Of a stretch of DNA of 64,000 nucleotides, positions 41,501-50,600 are shown in pieces. The notes below the pieces were generated by a model that worked only from the letters and a program-made list of their open reading frames with translations, was not told the DNA's origin and ran no database searches. Position numbers and translations under genes: made by a program. This DNA is from Candidatus Omnitrophota bacterium. Its GTDB lineage: Bacteria; Omnitrophota; Gorgyraeia; Zapsychrales; Zapsychraceae. How positions within the stretch are numbered: the stretch's first letter is position 1; each line of letters begins with the position of its first letter. Location: positions 993-64,992 of the forward strand of contig JANQMA010000017.1 of the NCBI GenBank assembly GCA_028280285.1, given 5' to 3'.

Positions 41501-44500
41501 CCAAAATCGCTTGAAGAGTAGACGAGGCAATCATGATGCTGTCATTGTAAAGCACGCTTATAATTTAAAAATAGGCAACCTTCGTTATGATCTGTATCAG
41601 TCAAATAATTTATGGAGGCTGCAGTATCCGTATGGAGATATATCTGATCTTCCATTTTCTGATTATGGGAAGAGCCTGCAGACAGCACAAGTTCTACATG
41701 GCTTGATGATGCATCATCTTGTTGTTAAGTATGGTCTCATTAATAATGCTCCGGCTGAACATCATGATTTTATTATGCGTTTATCTGATATGTGGCAAAG
41801 TTTTGAAAACGATCTTGAGGAAACTCTTCAAAACCGGGGTTATACGCGAGAGAATTTGCGTTTGCATGTTTTGTCGAATGCTCATGGAGTCGATGGTATT
41901 AAATATCTTAGGGAATTGTTTATTAATCGTATATTTCGATTACGTGAAAAGAAAGTTACTGAGGAAATACGTAATCTTGTCGAGTCGACCCTCACTGAAG
42001 TGGATGATGTTTTAACGGAAGAATATGAAAAGAGAAAGGACGTCGAAAACGCGGCATTGATTAAACAGCGTCCAGCGTTGAGCGTAGAGCGTATAGCGGA
42101 TAGTGATATTAATCTAACCGCTAAACGCCATCCGCTAGACACTAAAACCGACCCCGCCGCGATGGTGAAACAAAATTTGGCGAACATTGACCAAAATATT
42201 TATGAGGATATTGTAGACCATCTTCTATGGCATAAGCCAAATGTGATTGTAAAAGATCATTATCGCGATATTTTAGCGCGGTTTATTCACGATAATAGAA
42301 AAAAAGAAAAAAAATTCTGGTCTCGTGAGGGTAAAAAAATATTTTCCAAAGAGCAGGTGCGCACTTTATTGGAATCTTGGCCCGGAAATAATATGCAATA
42401 TAAAGCACATGTTAATTCTTCGGGGAATAGAGAAATATCAATCATATTGCATCAAAAAATTAAACCGACTTTTACTATTGATCTTACATTTAAGAGAGAC
42501 GGACAGGTTAAGCTAGGTAAACAGTTTAAATCGCATCAAAACTATATAGTGGATAGATTAGAAGAGAGTTATGGGATCGACCGTATTGAAGCCCGTGTGA
42601 TTGCACAAATAGCACGTCGTTATTGGTTTAAAAGTGTTTTTATCCCTATGCTGCGCGAGATGGAAATTGACCATCTGCATGGTAAAAAAATAGATGAAAA
42701 ATCAACATTTTTCGCAGAGATGGGTTTTAAAGACGGTGTTTTATCTGTCGACCCCGCCGCGATGGCGGAGCAGGAGCAAGAGTCCAAAAAAGATCAATCC
42801 GCTCCGGTGTCTTTCAATGTTGGCGATGAATTGAGGAGGATTTATCATAATACAACACGTCCTAAAATTTTCAAAGTAGAAAAATGGCCTGGGCAGGCTA
42901 TACAACTACGAATGGAAGAGGATCCTCTTCCACGAGATAAACCGCCTAATTCTATTACTGATGAGGATTTGACATATCGCATATACGCATCGGTCACACA
43001 TGGGAAATCCGCGTTCTACTATCCTGTAGCGATGCGTTCGGGTATTTTTTACAAAAATGATATTGTTGATTTAACAAAAGGCTGGCAAATTACTTATAAT
43101 TACCCGGCCGTCTATAAGCTTATTCAAAACTACCGAGATAAGAATGGATATGCAAGTTATTTGGAGGCGATTGATCATCTATTAGAAAACGATGAAGAAA
43201 CCCGTAAATATGAGAAACATTTAATTAACCAAATCATTTCTTTGTTTCCGATTTTGCAAATTTTTTATGGGTTTTCATCAGATGAGCAAGTGGATGAGTA
43301 TTTTAACCAGGCCCCTCAACAATTAGAAAATAAAGGTATTGCCTCGGCTTTACTTGAATATTTAGGAAGTTATTTACCGGTTGGAACAAAAGTCAAAATT
43401 ATCGGAGCGAATCGGCCGACCGTAGAAGCTCTTAATAAGGGAACGGTATTTGAAGATACATTGCTCGGGAAAATGTATACGCGTATCGGATTTAAAGTTT
43501 TATCTATTGAACAAAAAGACGGACAAAATCCAATTGTTGTTTTCCAGAAGACAAAAAATGTAAAACCACGCGCTAAGTGGAAAGATGTAACGAAGTTAGG
43601 AGGTCACGTTTTATCCGTAGAGAGCGGTGTCGTTTCTGATTCCGAAGGTGTCGAAAACGCTGCATTGAGCAAAGTTGTCCCTGACTCTGCCGTAATGGTC
43701 GGTTTGAAAACGGATCCAATAGAGTTATCCATGGTGGAAGAAAACTATATTAGACTTTTAATAGAAAATAATTACCAGAAACAAACTTTTCAGGTGATGA
43801 TTAACGATATTAAAGATCCTGATCGAATTCACCAGCTTATGACGGAAGTCTTAAAGCGAAAAGGGTATTATCGACCAGAGATCAATAATTTTAATGATAG
43901 AAGTAGGTTTCCTTTGGAGGTTCCAGGTGATAGAGGGCTTATTTTAACGTCTATGGGTGATGGTAATGAAGATATTTTAAGATTTACGGTTGAAAGTAAT
44001 AATGTGATTATGTGGAAGCGTCCTAAAATTGGTGGTTCAAAATTGGGTGTTGCACCGGTTGCCTATGTTTGGTGGGCAACTCATCCAGAAATTAGAAAAG
44101 AGTTGTCCGGGAAGCCAATGAAGGGGTATAAGGCAGATTATAGGCAGGGGAGGGCTCTTGAAAAAGCATGGATTTTTAAAATTGCCTTACCCGATGGAGC
44201 TAAAGATTGGAACAAATATGATTATTCAGGTTCTTTTCCTGTTTGGCAAAAAGATTTAAAACAAAACGTCGAAAACGCGGCGTTGACAGAGCCTGCTCCC
44301 GATCCCGCCGCGATGGCGAAGCAGGAATTTGAACGGACTGATTCAGCGGTAGTTGCAGATCAGGAAGGACAATATATTATCCCTGGTTTTGATATTATAA
44401 AATATTCGGTTGATTCTTATGATCAAGAAAATCGAGAAGCAAGAGAAAGTCGAGAGGCAAGATATGAATTGAATGATTGGCAAGAAGGTGTTGTATTGGC

Positions 44501-46034
44501 TCAAATTGAAAATATCATTATGCAGGCACAAGAAATTGGCGATATAGATATGGAAAATTATTTAATATATGTTTTGGAACAAGGAGTTAAAAAATTTATT
44601 AAATCTGATACGTCAGAATATATTCAGGCAGTAGGTAAAACAAAAATGGACGGTCGTGAAGTTGTTTCAATAGCCGAGGAATTACTTAATCAATCAAGAT
44701 CTGATGATGACGTGAAATTATTGGTTAAATTGGTTTTAATCCATGAATTTAATCATATTCTTGATCACAAATTAAATCGTTTATCATTAAACATTATGAA
44801 ATTAGTTGACATAAATCTTATAGAACGTTCGGCCTTGATTCGTTCAGCTGCATATTTTGATGGATTTATAAAGAAAGAAGGCGATGGATTAAATGATTTT
44901 ATTGTCATGTACCGATTTGATGGCGATAAAATTATGGCTTATACTTCAACAAATTCGGAAATATCTTCTGTGAAATCAGATTATCAAAAGCCACCTGTTA
45001 TCATGCCTGGGGAAAATCGGTATACATATTATGATCAATTAGCTAGAAAAGGAAATATTGTAACGTCTGAAGAAACTGGGTCTATATATTATTATGAGTC
45101 ATATAGAAAAGGGGGTGATGACACTACACTGGAAAAAAATGGTGTCGTTTCTGAAAAAAATGGTGTCGTTTCTGATTCCGAAGGTGTTGAAAACGCTACG
45201 TTGGCAAAGGGCGCTTCCGACAATGCCGCGATGGCGGATAATTCAGATAGTGATGAGGTTTTTATAGAACAAGATAATTATACTTTTAAATATCGACGAC
45301 CAACACAAATAGCAATGGCTTCGGTAACAGTGATGAATCCCAAAGGAGTTCATGGTGGTCCTTCACAATATATAACGGGTTTGGTTAAATCGTATCAAGA
45401 TATTTGGCCACTAACGATTAAAATGAAATTTAAGGGTGAATACATTGATACGAATGATGTGAAAAATATTATGGAATTGAAAATAAAACAAGGTGATGTA
45501 TTGGAAATAGAGATGTTTGGGAGTGAAGAAGGGGCTTTAAAGTTTGTGCAAAGTATGGCCGCAAGGGTAGCTGATTCTGAAACACGTAAAAAGTATGAAG
45601 CGAAAATCACAAGACAGCCATTAAATGAGGATGACGCAGCATTGACTAAAGGTGGTATAGACTTCGACGCCTCCAAAATGGATCTAGAGATTCGGACGGA
45701 ACAAAGCCAGATGCTCGATGCTCGCCCGCCCCGCCGCTTCGCGGCGGAAGCTGCGGGCCGGGGATGCTCGATGCTAGAGGACGAAGAGTTGCGAAAAGAG
45801 TGCCTTACTAACACCTCTAGTGGTATACAGTTTAAGTTTACTCCCCAACAGATTGAGGGGATGCGCCAGAATATTACGGGCTTTAATCCGGTGATTATTA
45901 ATATCCAGCCGATTGTGAACTTGCCGTTGTTTTTGGGGTTGAATGATATTGAGGACGCGCCGGATGAGACAGAAACGGTAGAGGCAGATGGTCAGGATCT
46001 TTTAGCAAGAATGGAGGAGTATTCATATAACTAG
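38520..46034 (+). CDS. giant secreted protein (2504 aa) of unknown function, with repeated ENAAL..PAPDPAAM modules and an HEFNH motif
   Basis: Uninterrupted 7.5-kb ORF in an AT-rich genome. Signal peptide MKRTHWTYRCIALVVSCLFTVTSINPVYA-Q. HExxH at about nt 44745 (LVLIHEFNHILDH). Contains three in-frame palindromic-element insertions and 6-7 GC-rich repeat modules. Confidence 0.8.
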   Translation: MKRTHWTYRCIALVVSCLFTVTSINPVYAQMQPTQAIAPKPLPLNVLSQPYEPILIKGLKVNQTNPFEMEFIVSDPWSVVRGQRNTDHRPQSTDHLEQESTQLIKYFLAALTTPEQDMWVNLSPYEKNRIIPESFGRTEMGRELLVQDYLLKQVTASLLHPDGEYGQEFWSKIATQTSEDIPLELFNKVWIMPDKAVVYENEGIAYVVEASLKVMLEEDYLAQQKSGPWSVVSDLSKNTTTDHRTQTTQIIRETIIPAIETEVNNSKNFAKLRQIYHSLILATWYKKKMQNAILTQVYADQNKTNGVSHNDPKAAEKIWQEYTKTFKEGAYNFIKEEYDPQTQQIVPRKYFSGGMAMEVVLSEPAALTSQQQETIPDNAYLVRVALNELTPDSDSAAMVKKKSADDFKYNVNIRTPKLQDQLPGLAKKREQTKKALIGYFNQMIHHNPFEMPKFNVNYNRIMHLLRHMIGFDAIGFSFSEQDPDGFITKAAVSNVLIPLIEQTKFPLSVDRMTQFVLEANLDNERQFKYIEALNDFKVFATSYSEGAENAALTAPAPDPAVMTQEEQLSIDPASLAELALAMTEKDVQDIAEVARLIKQNSDHYAKILLKEYNQTKDQFKNREEIIKIDAVVDDPTIQKLIKIFKRISRKTGKENSRNVSRSLMGLIYFYKYITYLYKPKYQMDVISDISLNILLGDIIRESNTKRGLKSSTIPIEDQMRNVVLDFADNLGNLVGRINALPKANTTEFAQVWASMINEDNFTRADLYQNIKSFGRVLEARRGRFLTFLRADRSLTREAKETLILKALAMNQEGKDPKAIVDELMQVWIPQFKRSEAIYGVLRMTGWESEIHRYQWGEYAKYAPFPVREITNVYRDIVGMHLDPHISSHDWTEYVGRPALSWFVQWKKIEAMTQLSFIPLEDPDGNLIYNDLQVNGVIPEEILKLVYKDVHPLATISGTEDKKWRTERWQLYKGHYYPPLESEWIEFVKMLLYSSQNRLKSRRGNHDAVIVKHAYNLKIGNLRYDLYQSNNLWRLQYPYGDISDLPFSDYGKSLQTAQVLHGLMMHHLVVKYGLINNAPAEHHDFIMRLSDMWQSFENDLEETLQNRGYTRENLRLHVLSNAHGVDGIKYLRELFINRIFRLREKKVTEEIRNLVESTLTEVDDVLTEEYEKRKDVENAALIKQRPALSVERIADSDINLTAKRHPLDTKTDPAAMVKQNLANIDQNIYEDIVDHLLWHKPNVIVKDHYRDILARFIHDNRKKEKKFWSREGKKIFSKEQVRTLLESWPGNNMQYKAHVNSSGNREISIILHQKIKPTFTIDLTFKRDGQVKLGKQFKSHQNYIVDRLEESYGIDRIEARVIAQIARRYWFKSVFIPMLREMEIDHLHGKKIDEKSTFFAEMGFKDGVLSVDPAAMAEQEQESKKDQSAPVSFNVGDELRRIYHNTTRPKIFKVEKWPGQAIQLRMEEDPLPRDKPPNSITDEDLTYRIYASVTHGKSAFYYPVAMRSGIFYKNDIVDLTKGWQITYNYPAVYKLIQNYRDKNGYASYLEAIDHLLENDEETRKYEKHLINQIISLFPILQIFYGFSSDEQVDEYFNQAPQQLENKGIASALLEYLGSYLPVGTKVKIIGANRPTVEALNKGTVFEDTLLGKMYTRIGFKVLSIEQKDGQNPIVVFQKTKNVKPRAKWKDVTKLGGHVLSVESGVVSDSEGVENAALSKVVPDSAVMVGLKTDPIELSMVEENYIRLLIENNYQKQTFQVMINDIKDPDRIHQLMTEVLKRKGYYRPEINNFNDRSRFPLEVPGDRGLILTSMGDGNEDILRFTVESNNVIMWKRPKIGGSKLGVAPVAYVWWATHPEIRKELSGKPMKGYKADYRQGRALEKAWIFKIALPDGAKDWNKYDYSGSFPVWQKDLKQNVENAALTEPAPDPAAMAKQEFERTDSAVVADQEGQYIIPGFDIIKYSVDSYDQENREARESREARYELNDWQEGVVLAQIENIIMQAQEIGDIDMENYLIYVLEQGVKKFIKSDTSEYIQAVGKTKMDGREVVSIAEELLNQSRSDDDVKLLVKLVLIHEFNHILDHKLNRLSLNIMKLVDINLIERSALIRSAAYFDGFIKKEGDGLNDFIVMYRFDGDKIMAYTSTNSEISSVKSDYQKPPVIMPGENRYTYYDQLARKGNIVTSEETGSIYYYESYRKGGDDTTLEKNGVVSEKNGVVSDSEGVENATLAKGASDNAAMADNSDSDEVFIEQDNYTFKYRRPTQIAMASVTVMNPKGVHGGPSQYITGLVKSYQDIWPLTIKMKFKGEYIDTNDVKNIMELKIKQGDVLEIEMFGSEEGALKFVQSMAARVADSETRKKYEAKITRQPLNEDDAALTKGGIDFDASKMDLEIRTEQSQMLDARPPRRFAAEAAGRGCSMLEDEELRKECLTNTSSGIQFKFTPQQIEGMRQNITGFNPVIINIQPIVNLPLFLGLNDIEDAPDETETVEADGQDLLARMEEYSYN
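38741..38804. repeat. GTGGTCYGTG-family element, copy 4, in frame inside the giant ORF
   Basis: GATCCGTGGTCCGTGGTCCGTGGTCAGCGGAATACTGATCACAGACCACAGAGCACAGACCAC, translated as DPWSVVRGQRNTDHRPQSTDH. Confidence 0.85.
39196..39263. repeat. GTGGTCYGTG-family element, copy 5, in frame inside the giant ORF
   Basis: GTGGTCCGTGGTCCGTGGTCAGTGATCTG...GACCACAGATCACAGAACACAGACCAC, translated as SGPWSVVSDLSKNTTTDHRTQTTQ. Confidence 0.85.
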
Positions 46035-46066
46035 TGATAGAGTGATAAAGTGGTAGTAGTGATAGG
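46032..46066. repeat. GTGATAGAGTGATAAAGTGGTAG-family repeat copy directly after the giant-ORF stop
   Basis: CTAGTGATAGAGTGATAAAGTGGTAGTAGTGATAGG shares the tandem unit with 54638-54678. Confidence 0.65.
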
Positions 46067-46071
46067 TTGGT

Positions 46072-46278
46072 TTATTGGCTTGCTAGGAATTGTTTGACCT
46101 GATCGTGATTGCCAGCAAAGATTGCATAACAATTTGATTTATTTCTTTCAATCACAACGCGTAACTTTCCTTCAACACCTGCTTCATGAAACGGCTTTCT
46201 TAATTGTTTATAGAAGAATCGAGGTTCAGTTTGACGTGTTTTTTCCAAATTACAATTAGATTGATAATAGATTGTCAA
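46072..46278 (-). CDS. RelE/ParE-family toxin (annotated from its TTG start; the in-frame ORF extends upstream to 46373)
   Basis: The C-terminus GKLRVVIERNKSNCYAIFAGNHDQV resembles RelE/ParE. The upstream in-frame extension encodes ...LLYFSSFKRSLKKFDPNQIKVVQRTLKA, matching RelE/ParE N-termini, but it begins immediately after the antitoxin stop without an ATG/GTG/TTG. Confidence 0.45.
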   Translation of the reverse strand: MTIYYQSNCNLEKTRQTEPRFFYKQLRKPFHEAGVEGKLRVVIERNKSNCYAIFAGNHDQVKQFLASQ

Positions 46279-46373
46279 TGCTTTTAATGTACGTTGAACA
46301 ACTTTAATTTGATTGGGGTCAAATTTCTTAAGACTGCGCTTAAATGAAGAAAAATAGAGAAGAATTAAAGGTA

Positions 46374-46652
46374 TTACGTGGTTTCTTTTCCTAATTCATC
46401 AATAAATTTTTTTGTTACTTTTTTTGCTGTATGCCGTTCTTTTTTACAGATTTCTTCCATTTTTGCATATTCGGCATCGGTGTAAATTTTCTCTACCACT
46501 TCAACAGGAATAAGTTGAATTTTGTTACCTGTAATTTTTACATCAAACATGGCGCCTTCATTCAGTTCAAGGGCGGTGACGATTTTTTTAGGGATGGTGA
46601 TTTGGTTTTTGGATGTCATTGTTATGGTCATGATCAAACCCTCCTGAGACAA
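46374..46652 (-). CDS. AbrB/MazE-fold (SpoVT/AbrB) antitoxin
   Basis: MTITMTSKNQITIPKKIVTALELNEGAMFDVKITGNKIQLIPV is the swapped-hairpin AbrB pattern. Directly upstream of the RelE-like ORF. Confidence 0.65.
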   Translation of the reverse strand: MSQEGLIMTITMTSKNQITIPKKIVTALELNEGAMFDVKITGNKIQLIPVEVVEKIYTDAEYAKMEEICKKERHTAKKVTKKFIDELGKETT

Positions 46653-46798
46653 CGGTTAAATTTAACGGTCTAGATAAAGTATACCACATTTCCATAATTC
46701 CGTAAGTAAGGAAGTAAGGAATATATGATGAGCCGGGGGAACAACTGACGCAGTTGAATAGGTCCTGTTGCTATTTTGCTCTTTATATGCTATACTTT

Positions 46799-46845
46799 AT
46801 TCAGAATAATTCAGAATTACTGAATAATACTGAATTTCAGAAAAG
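46799..46845. promoter_or_regulatory. Operator-like array of ATTCAG/CTGAAT repeats in the divergent TA promoter region
   Basis: TTCAGAATAATTCAGAATTACTGAATAATACTGAATTTCAG, directly upstream of the AAGGAGA Shine-Dalgarno of the + strand antitoxin. A TATACT -10-like hexamer lies at about 46790. Confidence 0.5.
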
Positions 46846-46856
46846 GAGATAGGCCA

Positions 46857-47135
46857 ATGATTATGATACCGCCTAAATCAGTCAAATTGTGGGGACGCGG
46901 CCAGTTGACGATTCCCAAAGAGGTGCGGGAAGCTCTCAAGCTGGATGATGAGACCCAGTTAAACGTTTTTGCCGTTGGGCAGTGCCTTGTCTTGACACCC
47001 AAGCGTCTTATGCGTAAGCAGTTAGCCAAAGATGTGGCCAAGAGTATAAAAAAACAAGATCTTAAGCTTAATGATTTGTTAAGTGATCTTAAAAAGGAAC
47101 GCCGAAAATACGTTGATGAAAAATATGGAAAATAA
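46857..47135 (+). CDS. AbrB/SpoVT-family antitoxin
   Basis: LWGRGQLTIPKEVREALKLDDETQLNVFAVGQCLVLTP is the AbrB-like swapped-hairpin fold. Overlaps the downstream PIN gene. Confidence 0.65.
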   Translation: MIMIPPKSVKLWGRGQLTIPKEVREALKLDDETQLNVFAVGQCLVLTPKRLMRKQLAKDVAKSIKKQDLKLNDLLSDLKKERRKYVDEKYGK

Positions 47136-47577
47136 TCAATGGCATGTTTTTCTGGATACCAATGTTATTATTGCCGGTCTTATTTCTTCTAGAGGAGCAT
47201 CATCCGCCATTTTGGATCTAGGCGAAGCCGAAGAAATCCGTATTGTCATTAGTCAGCACGTTTTGGTTGAGGCTGACCGTGTTTTTCTTGCCAAATTTCC
47301 TGATTTGATTGTCCGGTTCCGTGAGTTTATTAAAAACTTATCTCCTTTGTTATTAGATGATCCTAGTCCTAAAGTCGTTCATGCAGCTAGTGAAGTTATT
47401 GAATCGGGCGACGCACCAATTTTAGCAGCTGTGAAGTCTGAAAATATCGATTATTTGGTAACGCTTGATACGAAACATTTCAAGACAAAAAAAGTGCGTG
47501 CATACGTCACAACCCCGATTGTTACGCCATCAGAGTTTCTTAAAGCGTTTAGAGAGTTTTGGGAAGAAGCGGGTTAA
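47116..47577 (+). CDS. PIN-domain (VapC-like) toxin
   Basis: VFLDTNVIIAG (first acidic motif) and LVTLDTKHF (distal Asp). The start overlaps the antitoxin stop. Confidence 0.65.
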   Translation: MKNMENNQWHVFLDTNVIIAGLISSRGASSAILDLGEAEEIRIVISQHVLVEADRVFLAKFPDLIVRFREFIKNLSPLLLDDPSPKVVHAASEVIESGDAPILAAVKSENIDYLVTLDTKHFKTKKVRAYVTTPIVTPSEFLKAFREFWEEAG

Positions 47578-47624
47578 TCTAAATAGTTGCCAGCCCGCAA
47601 GGGCTTTGTTATAATCCTTCCACA

Positions 47625-50600
47625 ATGAACCAAAGCAAGTTTGTCCACCTTCATGTCCACACGCAGTACAGCCTCCTCGATGGGGCCTGCCGCATTAAAG
47701 AATTAATCAAAAAGGCCAAAGAGTATGACATGCCGGCACTCGCCATCACCGATCATGGCAATATGTTCGGCGCGGTTGAGTTTTATAGGGCATGCCAAAG
47801 CGAAGGCATTAAACCGATCATCGGCTGTGAGGTGTATGTGGCGATGAACGGCTCACGGCTTGAGAAAACGCCGGCCAACCGGGCCACCAATCACCTGACA
47901 CTTTTTGTCAAAGACTTTGAAGGGTATAAAAACCTGCTTAAACTCGTCTCGACGGCCTCGATCGACGGTTTTTATTATTTCCCGCGTATTGATAAAGAGC
48001 TTCTCGCTCAGCATTCCAAAGGACTGATCTGTTCTTCCGGTTGCCTTAAAGGCGAAGTGGCCTGGCATTTGCGCGATAGCAATTACAATGCGGCGCTTAA
48101 GGCGGCCGATGAGCACCTGCGTATTTTCGGCAAAGACAATTACTACATTGAGATGATGAACCACGGCATTGATGTGCAAAAAGAGGTTAATGAGGGGCTT
48201 ATGAAAATCGCCCGCGAACTTGATGTGCCGGTGATCGCGACCAATGATGTGCATTATTTAGAGAAAAAACACGCCAAGGCCCACGAAGCATTACTTTGTA
48301 TTCAAACCCAGACCACGCTTGATGATCCGCGCCGCATGCGGCTTAATGCCGATGAGTATTATTTCAAATCAGCCGAAGAAATGACAAAACTCTTTGACTG
48401 GTGTCCCGCGGCTGTTTCTAACACTGTCAAACTTGCCGATAAATGTAACTTTGATTTTGATTTCGACACCTTTCACATGCCCAACTACACGCCACCGGGC
48501 GGCAAATCGCAGAGTGAATTCTTGCGTGAATTATGTGAAGAGGGCATTAAGACACGTTACGGCCAAGAAACCGAAGAGATCCGCGAGCGCCTTGAATACG
48601 AGTTTTCGGTGATCGAGAAGATGGGATTCATCAGTTATTTTATTATCACCTGGGATTTTATTCATTATGCCAAGGAGCACGGCATTCCGGTCGGCCCGGG
48701 CCGTGGTTCGGCCGCGGGGAGTATCGTCAGTTATCTGATCGGCATCACTGACCTTGATCCGCTTAAATATGGGCTTCTGTTTGAACGTTTTCTCAATCCT
48801 GATCGCGCCGGTATGCCGGATATCGATATCGACTTTTGTTATGAGCGCCGTCCGGAAGTTATTGAATATGTGAATCAAAAATACAGTAAAGAAAATGTCG
48901 CGCAGATCATTACGTTTGGAACGCTTCAGGCGCGCGCGGCGATCCGCGATGTCGGACGCGTTATGGGCGCCAGCTACAGTGATGTCGACCGCATCGCGAA
49001 ACTCATTCCAAACGATCTCGGCATCACCATTGATGAGGCGCTTGCCAAAGAGCCGCAGCTGCCTGATCTTATGAAAAAGGACCGCCAGGTCCGCGATATT
49101 GTGGAGATGGCCCGCACATTGGAAGGGCTTAATCGTCACACCTCCATGCATGCGGCCGGCGTTGTGATTGCCGATAAAAACCTGGTCGAATACTGTCCGA
49201 TTGTCAAAACCAATGATGGGCATATGACCACCGGCTATTCCATGAAATGGGTCGCTGAAATCGGTCTTTTGAAAATGGATTTTCTCGGCCTGCGTACACT
49301 AACCGTTATTGATGATGCGATTAAGCTTGTTAAAAAACGGCATAACATCGATATTAATCCGCAGGAAATTCCTCTCGATGATAAGAAGACGTATGACATG
49401 CTTTCCCGCGCGCGCAGTTTTGGTGTGTTCCAGCTGGAAAGTGCCGGGATGCGTGAGCTTTTAAAGAAAGTTAAACCGTCTGATTTTGAAGACATCATCT
49501 CGGTTCTTGCGCTTTATCGCCCCGGGCCGATGGGAAGCGGCATGCTTGATGATTTTATTAAGCGTAAAAGCGGGCGCGTGGCCTTTGAGTATGATCATCC
49601 CAAACTCGAGCCGGTCTTAAAAGATACTTACGGCATTATTATTTACCAAGAGCAGGTTATGCAGATTCCGGTGGTCCTTGCAGGTTTTACCCTGACACAA
49701 GCCGATCACCTGCGCCGGGCGATGAGTAAAAAGATTCAAAGCGTTATGGACCGGATGCGTACGGATTTTGTGAAGGGGTGTGTGAAGCATAGCCAGATGA
49801 CCGAGGCCAAGGCGAATGATCTTTTTGATTTGATCGATTATTTCTCCGGCTATGGCTTTAACCGCAGCCATTCAGCGGCCTATGCCTTTATTACGTTTCA
49901 AACCGCGTATCTTAAAGCCAACTATCCGGTGGAATGCATGTGCGCGATTCTTAACAGTGAGCTTAACAATACCGATAAGGTCGTTGAATATGTCAAAGAG
50001 TGTGAGGTTATGGGGATTAAAGTCTTGCCACCGGATATTAATGAAAGTTTTAAACAGTTTCATGTGGTTGATGACACAACAATCCGTTTTGGACTTCTGG
50101 CGGTTAAAAATGTTGGGTCAAGCGCCATTGATTCAATTGTGGACGGTCGCAAGGACGGAACCTATACATCGATTCAGGATGTTTGCGACAGAGTTGATTT
50201 GAGGCAAGTGAACAAAAAGGTCTTTGAAAGTTTGATTAAATCCGGCGCGGCCGACTCTTTGCAAGGATTTAGATCGCAGAAGCTGGCGATTTTAGAACGC
50301 AGCTTGGAGCTTGGCGGTAAAACGCAAAAAGAAAAGGCTGCAGGCCAAGTATCTTTTTTTGATATGATGGATGATTCGGGTGGATTTGATACGGAAACCG
50401 AAAAATTGCCTGATCTCGCGGAATGGGAAGATAATCAAAAACTTTCGTTTGAAAAAGAAGTCCTCGGATTTTATGTGAGCGGCCATCCTTTGTCGCATTA
50501 TCAAGTGGAGATTAAAGAATTTACCAATCTTACGTCCAAGTCTTTGGACCAAACGCGTGATGGCGCGGATGTGCGCATTGTCGGGATGATTTCGGCGGTT

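Noticed and set aside
45135-45180. Direct tandem duplication AAAAAAATGGTGTCGTTTCTGA x2 (KNGVVSE/KNGVVSD) in the giant ORF
   Set aside because: This is real but simply part of the 5' extension of the GC-rich repeat module (slippage duplication). It is folded into the module finding rather than reported separately.
48531-49223. 230-aa minus-strand ORF inside dnaE
   Set aside because: It is antisense to the highly conserved polymerase core. No independent support.
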